Positions 9,901 through 17,792 of a stretch of 56,990 nucleotides of DNA are shown here, piece by piece (the first letter of the stretch is position 1; every line of letters begins with the position of its first letter). The DNA is taken from positions 91,036-148,025 of IMG/VR virus record IMGVR_UViG_3300042991_000632, one strand, 5' to 3'. The notes beneath the pieces were generated by a model, which saw nothing but the letters and a program-made list of their open reading frames with translations, did no database searches and was not told the origin of the DNA. The translations under genes and the position numbers were made by a program. The stretch comes from a virus. Its lineage: Duplodnaviria; Heunggongvirae; Uroviricota; Caudoviricetes.

Positions 9901-10290
9901 ACCATGATGCCAAACAAACCAAGCAATGTTTTCATCATAATAAACATCACTTTTATCGTAATAAATAACATCTGGATTGTTTAATGTTTTAACAATAGCA
10001 CGAATACTATCAACACGTTTAAGATTCTTTTTTCTGCAATCATGATTACCTCTGGTAATGCGAACTGGTGCTATTTTACTCAGAGCATTGAGTAATTCGT
10101 TAGCCATGATTAATTGTTCACCCTGAAGATCAAGATAATCATGAACCAAATCACCAACAATAACAATTCTATCGGGTTTTTTTCCTTTTACTGATTTTAT
10201 TAGATTTTTAAATACTTTCTCATATTCATCGTTTCTTGTTGGGGTTTTGCGGATATGGATATCCGCAAGATGTACTATTGTTTTAATCAT
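6961..10290 (-). CDS. sbcCD: Fused SbcD (Mre11/gp47-like nuclease) - SbcC (Rad50/gp46-like ATPase)
   Basis: HLADIH, GDLVH, GNHD, GDIH phosphoesterase motifs; Walker A GMNTAGKT; coiled coil with CSQC hook; SGKE signature; LLDE Walker B; IIEH switch. Confidence 0.92.
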   Translation of the reverse strand: MIKTIVHLADIHIRKTPTRNDEYEKVFKNLIKSVKGKKPDRIVIVGDLVHDYLDLQGEQLIMANELLNALSKIAPVRITRGNHDCRKKNLKRVDSIRAIVKTLNNPDVIYYDKSDVYYDENIAWFVWHHGEPKNNPWKTKEGKIYEKLKINGDYIAIDLFHDPVNGCKTTTGFDMKSKSLYKISDFKGDISMFGDIHRMQFLDKEMTKAYCGSLIAQDVTEGDDNFHGYMLWDVENKVAELIPIENEYSFKNVRITPYTDFDDLDFEIENPTKFMRIRFVWGTLPQTRTKDNERKVIEYVKTKYGNIVISHKNEFIESEKLEVNEDITLQNISENTVQHEIFKEYLEKIGTEEKIINDILLLDEEILKEVEIENEASVEWNIIKFGGKNFMSYAELDVDWRDMDGLFQITGMNTAGKTTIMKLISYILFGKTLETETRMKYGDIRFVNNRNGATFCEGYLVLEANGEYYGIKKRTEITKTRSGEVNGAPTTLSYYLLPTPDDEMNDETSLEKLDEDRRNKTQKRIEAIIGSYDNFMRIVMTTSDTLNRILSNDMAVFVDSLLFDSGLDIFDKKLEGLKAYQKKVNDLSRITCNIEATTLQNTTLNDEIRILDVEIKEIETVSLPDTQNRLKIGRDYVETLTKKLFKIDPEIYSLDVNKVQGDIDDHKKNITDYNARKSVLDQSIIPLKQTYDEARLNELIQKKDDHKTNEYNEKLKIKNIEQVVRDEEHAIEIINGDIFKLKEDGAKLKKEIQEAKNSKVCSQCGQEIKKQEHIDHIAKIIGEKEKEMFAIANKINIKETVNKAEHQRTIDEKKLEIGKIKILIEDAALEMESVQKEIGDLTNDKNDVEKRKELQTELNQIPTLVQNEQLKINILQQKIDNHENSLKQIEENQKIEKGITAAKLKITELEAEESTKKETILIKKSSVIEKEARITANNKLIEDFKAQEHRDLVMILYKKCVHRDGIPRQMLANYIIPKINITLQNILTVAPFKVWLDQDDLKPKLTYNDRPASIIDCISASGKERTFASVVLKFALNQINVKAKPTIFLLDEVMGKLDENSVEEFIEILQMIKSNVKKVLIIEHNHEINPDYLINVTLGDNGISTLSVE

Positions 10291-10305
10291 ACATATAAAT
10301 TTTTA

Positions 10306-10336
10306 CAAATATAAATACAATCTGCCAAAATGTCAA
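10306..10336 (-). promoter_or_regulatory. Bacteroidota-type housekeeping promoter overlapping a late motif
   Basis: Minus strand TTGACA-N17-TATATTTG; GTATTTATA at 10310-10318 overlaps the -7 element. Confidence 0.7.
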
Positions 10337-10380
10337 GGTATTTTATAAACAATATGTCGAGGTTTCCGATTGATTAGTTT

Positions 10381-11040
10381 CTAATCATAAAATAAATCAC
10401 AATTGTTTTTTTTGAGTTTAGTTTTTAGATAATTCACACGATTACTAACTGTTGAACTTGTGAGTTCAAATTCTTTTCCAATTTCACAATATTCATATCC
10501 TTCCACATATTTCATATTTAATAGTGTGAAATCAGATGGTGATATTTGATTTGATATATGAGTAATTGAATTACAGATTTCAAAATCACAGGTGTTGCTT
10601 AATGTTATTGTGTTATTATCGCTTGAATATGTAAATGTATTCGGTGATGCTATAATGTTATTTGTCCATTCAGGTAAACCGTTTTCATCACTTTCATATT
10701 TGCAAGAACATGTGAGGCTAATCTGGTTATCACTGGAAACATTATTTGATAATGCAACATTACATCTCCACGCATCAATCATGTAATGTCTCGTGATTGT
10801 TAATACCCAAGATTTAAAACTTGCTTTTTCTGGATCGTATTTATCAAGATTGTAGAAAATTTTAATCAAAATATTTGAAACACAGTCATCAAAATCATCA
10901 TCATAAATTTTGGGAAATTTAGATTTCAAATAGTCTTCAATGATTTTTTTATATTTGTCGTAAAATTTTTCTTCAGCAACTCTATTTTTATTTAAAACAC
11001 CTTCAATTAATTCGAGTGTTTCTTTGTCTTCTTTCAACAT
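10381..11040 (-). CDS. Sigma-70 (ECF-like) RNA polymerase sigma factor
   Basis: Region 2-like FYNLDKYDPEKASFKSWVLTITRHYMIDAWR; region 4 HTH YVEGYEYCEIGKEFELTSSTVSNRV. ATG at 11040 preferred over the TTG at 11076. Confidence 0.8.
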   Translation of the reverse strand: MLKEDKETLELIEGVLNKNRVAEEKFYDKYKKIIEDYLKSKFPKIYDDDFDDCVSNILIKIFYNLDKYDPEKASFKSWVLTITRHYMIDAWRCNVALSNNVSSDNQISLTCSCKYESDENGLPEWTNNIIASPNTFTYSSDNNTITLSNTCDFEICNSITHISNQISPSDFTLLNMKYVEGYEYCEIGKEFELTSSTVSNRVNYLKTKLKKNNCDLFYD

Positions 11041-12031
11041 ACGGTTTCTGTAATTTTTGAATAAAATAATCTTCAACCGTTAAACTTCTTGCACTACGTA
11101 AACTTTTAATTACCTCATCAATGCCTTTATTTCTTCTTAGTTCATCCAAATCTTCATCTGTTGGGAGTTTAACGATCTTGACCCTATCCTCATAGCCGAC
11201 ATATATGTTATTCAACGTATAATATAATTGAACGGCATTTTTATAAGCATCCGGGTCTAATAATACAATAACTTCAGGTTTCAGTTCTTTCAATTTCAAA
11301 AATAGTAATGTTGACAGTGTTTTTCCCAGCATTGGTATTATATTTACCGGGAATGATAACATTTCAAATGCACCTTCAACAAGGTATACAGTAGAGTCCC
11401 AATTCACAAATCCCTCATTAAAAATGATCTTATCTTTATCCGCAAATGGATTCAGATATTTTCTTTTCTTTTCTGCGGGATCATAACTTCTTGCAACAAA
11501 ATAATTTATTTCGCCATTAATATCATATGACGGAATGATTATTCTTTTTGCATATTTTCCAGTAGTACAAAAACCAAGCCGATATTTTAGAATAATTTCT
11601 TTAGATATCTTTCGATTCAATAATAAATAACTATATGCTTCAAAATGTTCAATATTACCACTATCCATTTGTGAAAACAATATCATTTCACTTGGAAGTT
11701 TAACCTGAACATATTCCTTTTCATCTTCAGCATAATCATAATCATGAAATATACCAGCATATGATTTGTATAATTCATAATCGGCAGCACTCCCAAACAT
11801 TCTTATAAGTCTGCCTAATGATCCAGAAAATTTTGGTTCATCGCATTTCCAGCATCTGAACATGCGTTTGGCAGTATTGATCTCAAGATTGTATTTACCG
11901 TCAGGATATGCTAAACCATCTCTTTCTTGGCAACGAGGACAGTTAGTTTGCACTTGTTCAGACATATGCAAACCTTTAACATCGCTAAAGATGTTATTAA
12001 TGATCGAATGAAATTCTTGACCCCTAACCAT
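11003..12031 (-). CDS. dnaG: DNA primase (Zn-binding domain + TOPRIM)
   Basis: CPRC...CWKC zinc motif; YLVEGAFE and LLDPDA TOPRIM motifs. Start likely ATG 12031 (MVRGQEF), just downstream of a TATATTTG element. Confidence 0.85.
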   Translation of the reverse strand: MVRGQEFHSIINNIFSDVKGLHMSEQVQTNCPRCQERDGLAYPDGKYNLEINTAKRMFRCWKCDEPKFSGSLGRLIRMFGSAADYELYKSYAGIFHDYDYAEDEKEYVQVKLPSEMILFSQMDSGNIEHFEAYSYLLLNRKISKEIILKYRLGFCTTGKYAKRIIIPSYDINGEINYFVARSYDPAEKKRKYLNPFADKDKIIFNEGFVNWDSTVYLVEGAFEMLSFPVNIIPMLGKTLSTLLFLKLKELKPEVIVLLDPDAYKNAVQLYYTLNNIYVGYEDRVKIVKLPTDEDLDELRRNKGIDEVIKSLRSARSLTVEDYFIQKLQKPYVERRQRNTRIN

Positions 12032-12037
12032 GAGTAC

Positions 12038-12051
12038 AAATATAAGAAAAA
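12038..12051. repeat. 14-bp direct repeat, copy 1 (aaatataagaaaaa)
   Basis: Identical to 13600-13613; both lie 6 nt upstream of a minus-strand ATG. Confidence 0.7.
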
Positions 12052-12057
12052 TATAAA

Positions 12058-13593
12058 TTATATCAAAGAAATCGTTAACATATGTGTACATATTTCATTA
12101 AGCCAACCGTTTCTTTTTGCTGCATTATATGCGCTATTGAAACATAATTTAAATTCTTTTTTTGTTTTGCATTTCAATGCTGCCTCTTGACACTTTTCTT
12201 TTATCCAATAATTATTTGGTTTGTGCCATTCAATTGATATGTGTGAAAACATGTCATCAAGCCATCCATTTTTTTTTGCAGCACGATATGCTCCACTATA
12301 TTTTTCAATAAATTCTGTTCTTGTTTTACATAATAATGCTTTTTCCTTACATCTTTCTTTAGTGGTATAATATAATTTCCCACCTGTCATATGAGCACAT
12401 ACTTCAACAAGCCAACCATGTTTACATGTAGCACCATATGCTTTAGGACTTTTTTTATAAAATTCCATTCTTGAGTTATATTTTAATGCTTCTAACTTAC
12501 ACATTTCAAGAGTCCAAATCATCAGACCACCACCCGTTTCACCACCTCTTTTAATATTTAACATATTCCATCCATTTTCTCTATATTTCTTTATATACTC
12601 TCTTTCCAAAATAACAGCATTGTCAATTGGAATATATTCTGTTAATTGTTTTATGACTGGTTGTAAATTCGTTTCCTTTATGTGTTTGGTAACACCATCC
12701 TTTTCATTTGATTTTCTAATTAAATTTCTTCTTTTTATATCATATGTCAAACCAACATATGCAAAATTATCTGGAAATTCATACACATATACGCACCTAA
12801 ATACCCAATTTCCAATTCTTTTAAAATGTGTGGTAATTTCATCAAGCCATCCATTTAATGATGCTGAAGAATATGCAGATGAATGATTTTGATAAAATTC
12901 TTTTCTTGTTTTACATTTTAACGCTTCTTCATAGCACCTTTCTTTAGTCCAATAATTAAGTGGTTTATTTCCTTCTGTCATGTGTGAACACACGACATCA
13001 AGTAAATTATTTTTCTGTGCATAATCATAGGCTCGATGACAACCTTTAACAAAATCAACTCTTGTGTTATATTTTAACGCTTCTTCTTGGCATTTTTCTA
13101 TTGTCCAATTTCTACTAACCATATGAGAACAAATTTCTTCATACCACCCATTTTGTTTCGCAGACCAATATGCGCTCTTTTCATTTTGATGTAATTCATT
13201 TTTTGTTTTATATTTCAACGCAGTACTATGACATCTTTCTTTTGTCCAATATCCACTTGGTTTATGTAGTTCTATTATATGGGTACATATTTGATCTAAA
13301 ATACCCTTTCTTAAACTCCAATTATATGCACCATGACTATTAAGAGAAAATTCAGACCTACTATTATACTTCAACGCTTCTTGATGGCATGTTTCTTTAG
13401 TCCAATGAACGCTTACTGGTCTTAATCTTATCATGTGTGAACAAACATCATCTTGCCACCCATTTTTCATTGCTTTTCGAGCAGCACTTCCAGAAGATTC
13501 GCTAAATTCTTTTCTTGTTTTATATTTTAATGCTTCTTCTCGACATCTTTCCTTAGTCCAATAATTTGGTGATTTGCGTTTTTGTTTCATCAT
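12058..13593 (-). CDS. GIY-YIG homing-endonuclease-like protein with eight ~50-aa tandem repeats
   Basis: Central CVYVYEFPDNFAYVGLTYDIKRR GIY-YIG-type motif; five N-terminal and three C-terminal copies of WTxExCxxxALKYxxRxEF..AY..AxKNGWLDxICxHM. Start likely 13593/13590. Confidence 0.8.
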   Translation of the reverse strand: MMKQKRKSPNYWTKERCREEALKYKTRKEFSESSGSAARKAMKNGWQDDVCSHMIRLRPVSVHWTKETCHQEALKYNSRSEFSLNSHGAYNWSLRKGILDQICTHIIELHKPSGYWTKERCHSTALKYKTKNELHQNEKSAYWSAKQNGWYEEICSHMVSRNWTIEKCQEEALKYNTRVDFVKGCHRAYDYAQKNNLLDVVCSHMTEGNKPLNYWTKERCYEEALKCKTRKEFYQNHSSAYSSASLNGWLDEITTHFKRIGNWVFRCVYVYEFPDNFAYVGLTYDIKRRNLIRKSNEKDGVTKHIKETNLQPVIKQLTEYIPIDNAVILEREYIKKYRENGWNMLNIKRGGETGGGLMIWTLEMCKLEALKYNSRMEFYKKSPKAYGATCKHGWLVEVCAHMTGGKLYYTTKERCKEKALLCKTRTEFIEKYSGAYRAAKKNGWLDDMFSHISIEWHKPNNYWIKEKCQEAALKCKTKKEFKLCFNSAYNAAKRNGWLNEICTHMLTISLI

Positions 13594-13599
13594 ACAGGT

Positions 13600-13613
13600 A
13601 AATATAAGAAAAA
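13600..13613. repeat. 14-bp direct repeat, copy 2
   Basis: Identical to 12038-12051. Confidence 0.7.
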
Positions 13614-13666
13614 AATGCTCTAAAGCAAAACATTTTAGAGCAATTAATTTCAAATCAAGATTTAAA

Positions 13667-14185
13667 TTAAAACCTTTTAATTTTATTAACTTCAGGAAAC
13701 AAATCCATCATTCTATCCAACATGTATCTTACGAAAACAGTTGTTGAATTTCTTGTTTGCTGTGGATACTTCAAATAATTTGTTTGAAGTTCATTAAAAA
13801 GCATTAAAACACCATCGTTTGACACGTGAGGTGTATTTACACCTGCCCTTAGTTTCTGATTTTCATCGAAAATTTTTCGATAATCATTTTTGGCTATTTC
13901 AACTTCACTCTTTAACAATTCATTTTCCGATGTTAATGCTGTAACTTGCTCACTAAGCCATTCAACGTCTTGTGGCTTATTGTCGTCAAGTTCAAGAACA
14001 TTTTCATCTTTTTTTGATGTTAAATTAACATCGCTAAGTAATTCTTCAACTTTTTGTTTAGCCTTTACATCTCTTTCTTCTGCCGGAGTTAGTTGTTTTA
14101 CCTCTGCAGGTATTTTTGCTTCGGAAGATTTTTTTCCGGTTTTTACAAAACTCATTAATTTTTTAGTACTTGCCATTTTACTCAC
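13667..14185 (-). CDS. Hypothetical coiled-coil protein (172 aa)
   Basis: Heptad-like VTALTSENELLKSEVEIAK; overlaps the stop of the upstream gene. Confidence 0.7.
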   Translation of the reverse strand: MSKMASTKKLMSFVKTGKKSSEAKIPAEVKQLTPAEERDVKAKQKVEELLSDVNLTSKKDENVLELDDNKPQDVEWLSEQVTALTSENELLKSEVEIAKNDYRKIFDENQKLRAGVNTPHVSNDGVLMLFNELQTNYLKYPQQTRNSTTVFVRYMLDRMMDLFPEVNKIKRF

Positions 14186-15680
14186 TTATTATTTTCATAT
14201 TTGAATTTATGTGTGCAAGCAAACCTTTTTCATCATTCCAGATGAATCCGTCTGCACCCTTAACTGCACCAACAAAACCTTTTTTATGATGCCATTCTTC
14301 CGTACCAGTAAGACTTGAAAGATATCTAACCGTTACACCTAAATCCTCATTTAATGTTCTTATTTTATCAAGTGTTGCTGAATATTTCATATCTCTTTTT
14401 CTATGAATATGACCAACATGAAACTCATGATATATTGTTTCACTCCAATGAGGTTTTGATTCATGATCATTTGCCATAATCATAGGAAGTGAACCTTCTT
14501 TTTCTTCACTACCATGTGTAAATCCAAGCAATACCTTACCAAAACGATAATATTTTCTTGGTGATGCACCATTGATTATTGAAACAGTTTTATCGTTATT
14601 AAACCATGCTTCAAGATATTTACCCATGTAATAACTGCGTTCAAAATCATGATTACCGGGGATGACAATCACATCAACAGGAACACCTGTTTGTTTCAAC
14701 ATATTGATTGCATCAACAAGAAGTTGTACACCAACATTAAATGTTTTTTGCCAACGAAGGTCTTCGTCCTGCTGAGTTCCCTGTGTGGTTGTATTAAATA
14801 TTGTATCACTATTGAAGAAGTCGTTACCAACCGGGAACAGTATTCTGGAAAAATCAAATCTGCTTGCGGTGATCAGCAAATCGTTAATTGCATCCAAAAA
14901 TCTCCTGCGTGCTATTTTGGTGTCATAATTTTCACCAGTTTCACCACCCCACGCTAACTTACCTAAATGTAAATCGAAAATACATAATTCAAGAAGATTA
15001 TTTTCATCAGGTTTTATTTCAAAATTTGTTACATCAAGAATTGGTGGCTCATATCCTCTGATCATTTCAAGAAAAACTTCACCAGCAAGCCTATCTCTAA
15101 CAACTTGAAGTCGTCTTTCAAGGTCTGCTCTCACCTGAAAGTTCTGAATTGTTCTTGCAAATCCATCTTTCCAAGCAGTAACATCCCATTTATTGAGGCG
15201 AGTACGTGTAACTTTCCAAATTTGAGAATCTACATTACAATACTCAAGCAGGTCATCTAATGTTTTAATGTGATTTTTGGGGTAACTTTCAGTGCCTTCA
15301 AACACTGGTGTTTCCGTAAACAATGGTTTGTCGGTTATGATACTTAAAACTGCTTTATTGCCATGCTGATTGAAATCAAATTCGTCTTTCTTGTTTCCAA
15401 CTGGAATGTCAGCAGGTTTTTCTTTTTCAATTACAACAGTTTCTTCATTTTTCAATCCGAATGTTTTATTTTCAATGTATTTTGTGTATGTGGTGTCGAA
15501 CTGTGAAAAAAGTTCATCTTCAAGATTGCCCTGTTCATACTTTTCATAAACAACGGCTTTAATGTTTTTTACATACGTATCAGCATATCCATTTTTAACG
15601 GATGCTTCTTTAACTGATATTTGATTTTCGATTGCATAATTGATTATTTCTACCGCTTTTTCTATTCGTTCTTTTGTCAT
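14178..15680 (-). CDS. Calcineurin-like metallophosphoesterase with N-terminal extension
   Basis: DLHLGK, GNDFFNSD, PGNHD, THG, GHIH motifs. Confidence 0.85.
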   Translation of the reverse strand: MTKERIEKAVEIINYAIENQISVKEASVKNGYADTYVKNIKAVVYEKYEQGNLEDELFSQFDTTYTKYIENKTFGLKNEETVVIEKEKPADIPVGNKKDEFDFNQHGNKAVLSIITDKPLFTETPVFEGTESYPKNHIKTLDDLLEYCNVDSQIWKVTRTRLNKWDVTAWKDGFARTIQNFQVRADLERRLQVVRDRLAGEVFLEMIRGYEPPILDVTNFEIKPDENNLLELCIFDLHLGKLAWGGETGENYDTKIARRRFLDAINDLLITASRFDFSRILFPVGNDFFNSDTIFNTTTQGTQQDEDLRWQKTFNVGVQLLVDAINMLKQTGVPVDVIVIPGNHDFERSYYMGKYLEAWFNNDKTVSIINGASPRKYYRFGKVLLGFTHGSEEKEGSLPMIMANDHESKPHWSETIYHEFHVGHIHRKRDMKYSATLDKIRTLNEDLGVTVRYLSSLTGTEEWHHKKGFVGAVKGADGFIWNDEKGLLAHINSNMKIISE

Positions 15681-15720
15681 GTTAATATAAATTTATATAA
15701 ATATTATTTTAAAATTTTGT

Positions 15721-15751
15721 CAAACATATAACAAATATATCAAATTGTCAA
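15721..15751 (-). promoter_or_regulatory. Bacteroidota-type housekeeping promoter
   Basis: Minus strand TTGACA-N17-TATGTTTG upstream of ATG 15680. Confidence 0.7.
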
Positions 15752-15755
15752 GGTT

Positions 15756-16064
15756 TTATATAAATACACTGCTATTTTTTTTCAAGAAAACCAATGTTTC
15801 CTCGATCTGTTGACATTCTTTAAGAAACGAAACCTCATGGCTTATGCCCATATCAAACCACTCACCTTCTCTACGGAGATGTGAATATCTTCTTTGTAAA
15901 GTTTTTTCGATTTTATTGGCATATTCAGACTGATATGTTAAGACAAGCCTCAATTCTGAGGCATTACCCGTCTGTAACTGCTCAACCCTTTTTTTCGGAT
16001 GTTTCGATATGCCGATTTTATAATAACTGTTTTCTAAAGATTGAATTAAATATACATATTTCAT
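15756..16064 (-). CDS. T5orf172/GIY-YIG family protein
   Basis: YVYLIQ..YYKIGIS..KRVEQLQTGN..EKTLQ..GEWF. Confidence 0.85.
   Translation of the reverse strand: MKYVYLIQSLENSYYKIGISKHPKKRVEQLQTGNASELRLVLTYQSEYANKIEKTLQRRYSHLRREGEWFDMGISHEVSFLKECQQIEETLVFLKKNSSVFI
15759..15767 (-). promoter_or_regulatory. Putative late promoter motif
   Basis: tataaatac at the 3' end of the T5orf172 gene, upstream of the metallophosphoesterase. Confidence 0.45.
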
Positions 16065-16690
16065 TTAAGAATTCCAAGTTTTTTTAGTCCCGCAAATCCA
16101 ACAGCATAACTATCTGACATATCAAAACACATGTCTTTTGGTTCTTTGCTGTCTTTTTTATAAAACCATTCGATTTGGGGTTCTAATTTACAAACTTTTT
16201 TCCAGATATACAACTTTTTTTCTTTAATATATTCTGGTGGAAATGATAATGTTTCAGTTCTTTCTACTTGACCAGTCTTTTTATTCTTCTTCATTGAAAC
16301 ATTCACTAATTCAGAACAGAAAATTTTACGTGATTCATAAACAGATATTTTGATCGGATAAATTCCGAACATCATGTATAGTATGTATCGACAAATACCA
16401 TTAAATCCATATAGTAACGATACTGTATTTGCGTTATTGCTTCCACCAAGCGGTTCTTCAACAATAATGTGTGTTATTTCACCGTTTAATTCATTTAAAA
16501 TACGTTCTTTAAAATCAATAACATATTTTCTGAATATCTCGGCTTTATGAATATCACGTTCTTCAATTGGAACGTGTTTATCTGTTTTTAATTCAAGATG
16601 TTTAAGTTCAATTAACTTACCATTCGAATTCCATAACGCAAATCCAATGTTAGTCGTACTAATATCTAATGACCAAATATAATTTTCCAT
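16061..16690 (-). CDS. ruvC: RuvC-like Holliday junction resolvase
   Basis: SLDISTTNIGFA, IIVEEP and DMSDSYAVG acidic catalytic motifs of the RNase H fold. Confidence 0.75.
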   Translation of the reverse strand: MENYIWSLDISTTNIGFALWNSNGKLIELKHLELKTDKHVPIEERDIHKAEIFRKYVIDFKERILNELNGEITHIIVEEPLGGSNNANTVSLLYGFNGICRYILYMMFGIYPIKISVYESRKIFCSELVNVSMKKNKKTGQVERTETLSFPPEYIKEKKLYIWKKVCKLEPQIEWFYKKDSKEPKDMCFDMSDSYAVGFAGLKKLGILK

Positions 16691-16693
16691 AAA

Positions 16694-16945
16694 TTATTTT
16701 TTTACGACTTCACGAATGTATTTTGATCTTTCTGCTTCGTTTATTTCATCCTTAACAGCATTGATTACTTGTTGCATTCCGTTTGGATCACTTAGATATG
16801 CTCTAATGAGGTCTTCAATAACTCCACCAATTTTCATGCTCTTACCTCTGCAAAGCATTTTAAACCTACCATGTAATTCTCCATCAATTATGATGGATTT
16901 TGGTTTTGTTCCATTTTGTGAAAATAATTCTTTCATATGTATCAT
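16694..16945 (-). CDS. Ribbon-helix-helix DNA-binding protein
   Basis: KSIIIDGELHGRFKMLCRGKSMKIGGVIEDLI fits the RHH strand-helix-helix pattern. Confidence 0.65.
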   Translation of the reverse strand: MIHMKELFSQNGTKPKSIIIDGELHGRFKMLCRGKSMKIGGVIEDLIRAYLSDPNGMQQVINAVKDEINEAERSKYIREVVKK

Positions 16946-16967
16946 AAATATTTAAATCATAATTTAT

Positions 16968-16976
16968 AATAAATAC
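16968..16976 (-). promoter_or_regulatory. Putative late promoter motif
   Basis: aataaatac upstream of ATG 16945. Confidence 0.6.
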
Positions 16977-17018
16977 TAAGATTTTATAAAAAATTATAGA
17001 TTTTTACGATTTTTCTAA

Positions 17019-17777
17019 TTAAAAATCAATTGCGAACACAATTGTTCTGGAAATTGTTGAATCTTTTGTTATCGGATCATTTAACTTACCGATAGCAACA
17101 AGTTCTTTAGTGCCGTTAACATTAGCATATATACCAACTTCAGATATTGCAACCGAATTATCTCTTGAATTATCCCAAGTTGCATTTGTTGATGAATTAA
17201 ATTCATCCAATAATAAACTTATTGGAAGTTCCAACACATAAACATCTGCCTTAATATCGGTTGTAACATTTCCAAGGAAATATACTTCATCACCAAAACA
17301 TAATTTATCTGTTTCGGCAACAACCGGATATGTTAGATAGTCTAAATTATATTCACTAAATCCAGTAAAACCAGTAGTATCATAATTAAGTAATGGTATT
17401 TCAAATACAACACGCTTCATGTCTGCAGCAGATAATAATCTGGTTGTACCTGTTGGATATGTTGGGATTTGATGTGTTAAATCATATTTTTTCCATAATG
17501 CTGGGTCTGGTTTAACGTCCGATAGATCATCGACATTAGTGTAATGAACCAATTGAAGCAATGCATATATTTTATGTGCCGAATAACCTGTTGTAACACC
17601 AGTATTTGAATCTAAAAATTTGAAATCGTTAATATCCGAAAAGCCAAGTCTTATTTTTTCAATATAAGGATTAAGCGGATTTAATTCCAATCTATCAATG
17701 TAGTTACAATGAATTGCTTGTGAATATCCACTTAATGGCACAAATAAATATGATATGAAAACTGTATAACCGTTCAT
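17019..17777 (-). CDS. Probable virion structural (tail/baseplate) protein
   Basis: C-terminal ISEVGIYAN..ELVAIGKLNDPITK motif of a type I recall in large-phage structural genes; structural gene context. Confidence 0.55.
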   Translation of the reverse strand: MNGYTVFISYLFVPLSGYSQAIHCNYIDRLELNPLNPYIEKIRLGFSDINDFKFLDSNTGVTTGYSAHKIYALLQLVHYTNVDDLSDVKPDPALWKKYDLTHQIPTYPTGTTRLLSAADMKRVVFEIPLLNYDTTGFTGFSEYNLDYLTYPVVAETDKLCFGDEVYFLGNVTTDIKADVYVLELPISLLLDEFNSSTNATWDNSRDNSVAISEVGIYANVNGTKELVAIGKLNDPITKDSTISRTIVFAIDF

Positions 17778-17792
17778 TTTTTATTTTATTAA

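Noticed and set aside
12058-13593. Possible CRISPR array or DNA tandem repeat
   Set aside because: The ~150-bp periodicity is conserved at protein level with synonymous divergence; there are no identical repeats with unique spacers.
16061-16690. RuvC domain as TnpB/Cas12-like effector
   Set aside because: Only 209 aa, no zinc ribbon or REC/WED region, no adjacent array or ncRNA-sized gap; it fits a stand-alone resolvase.
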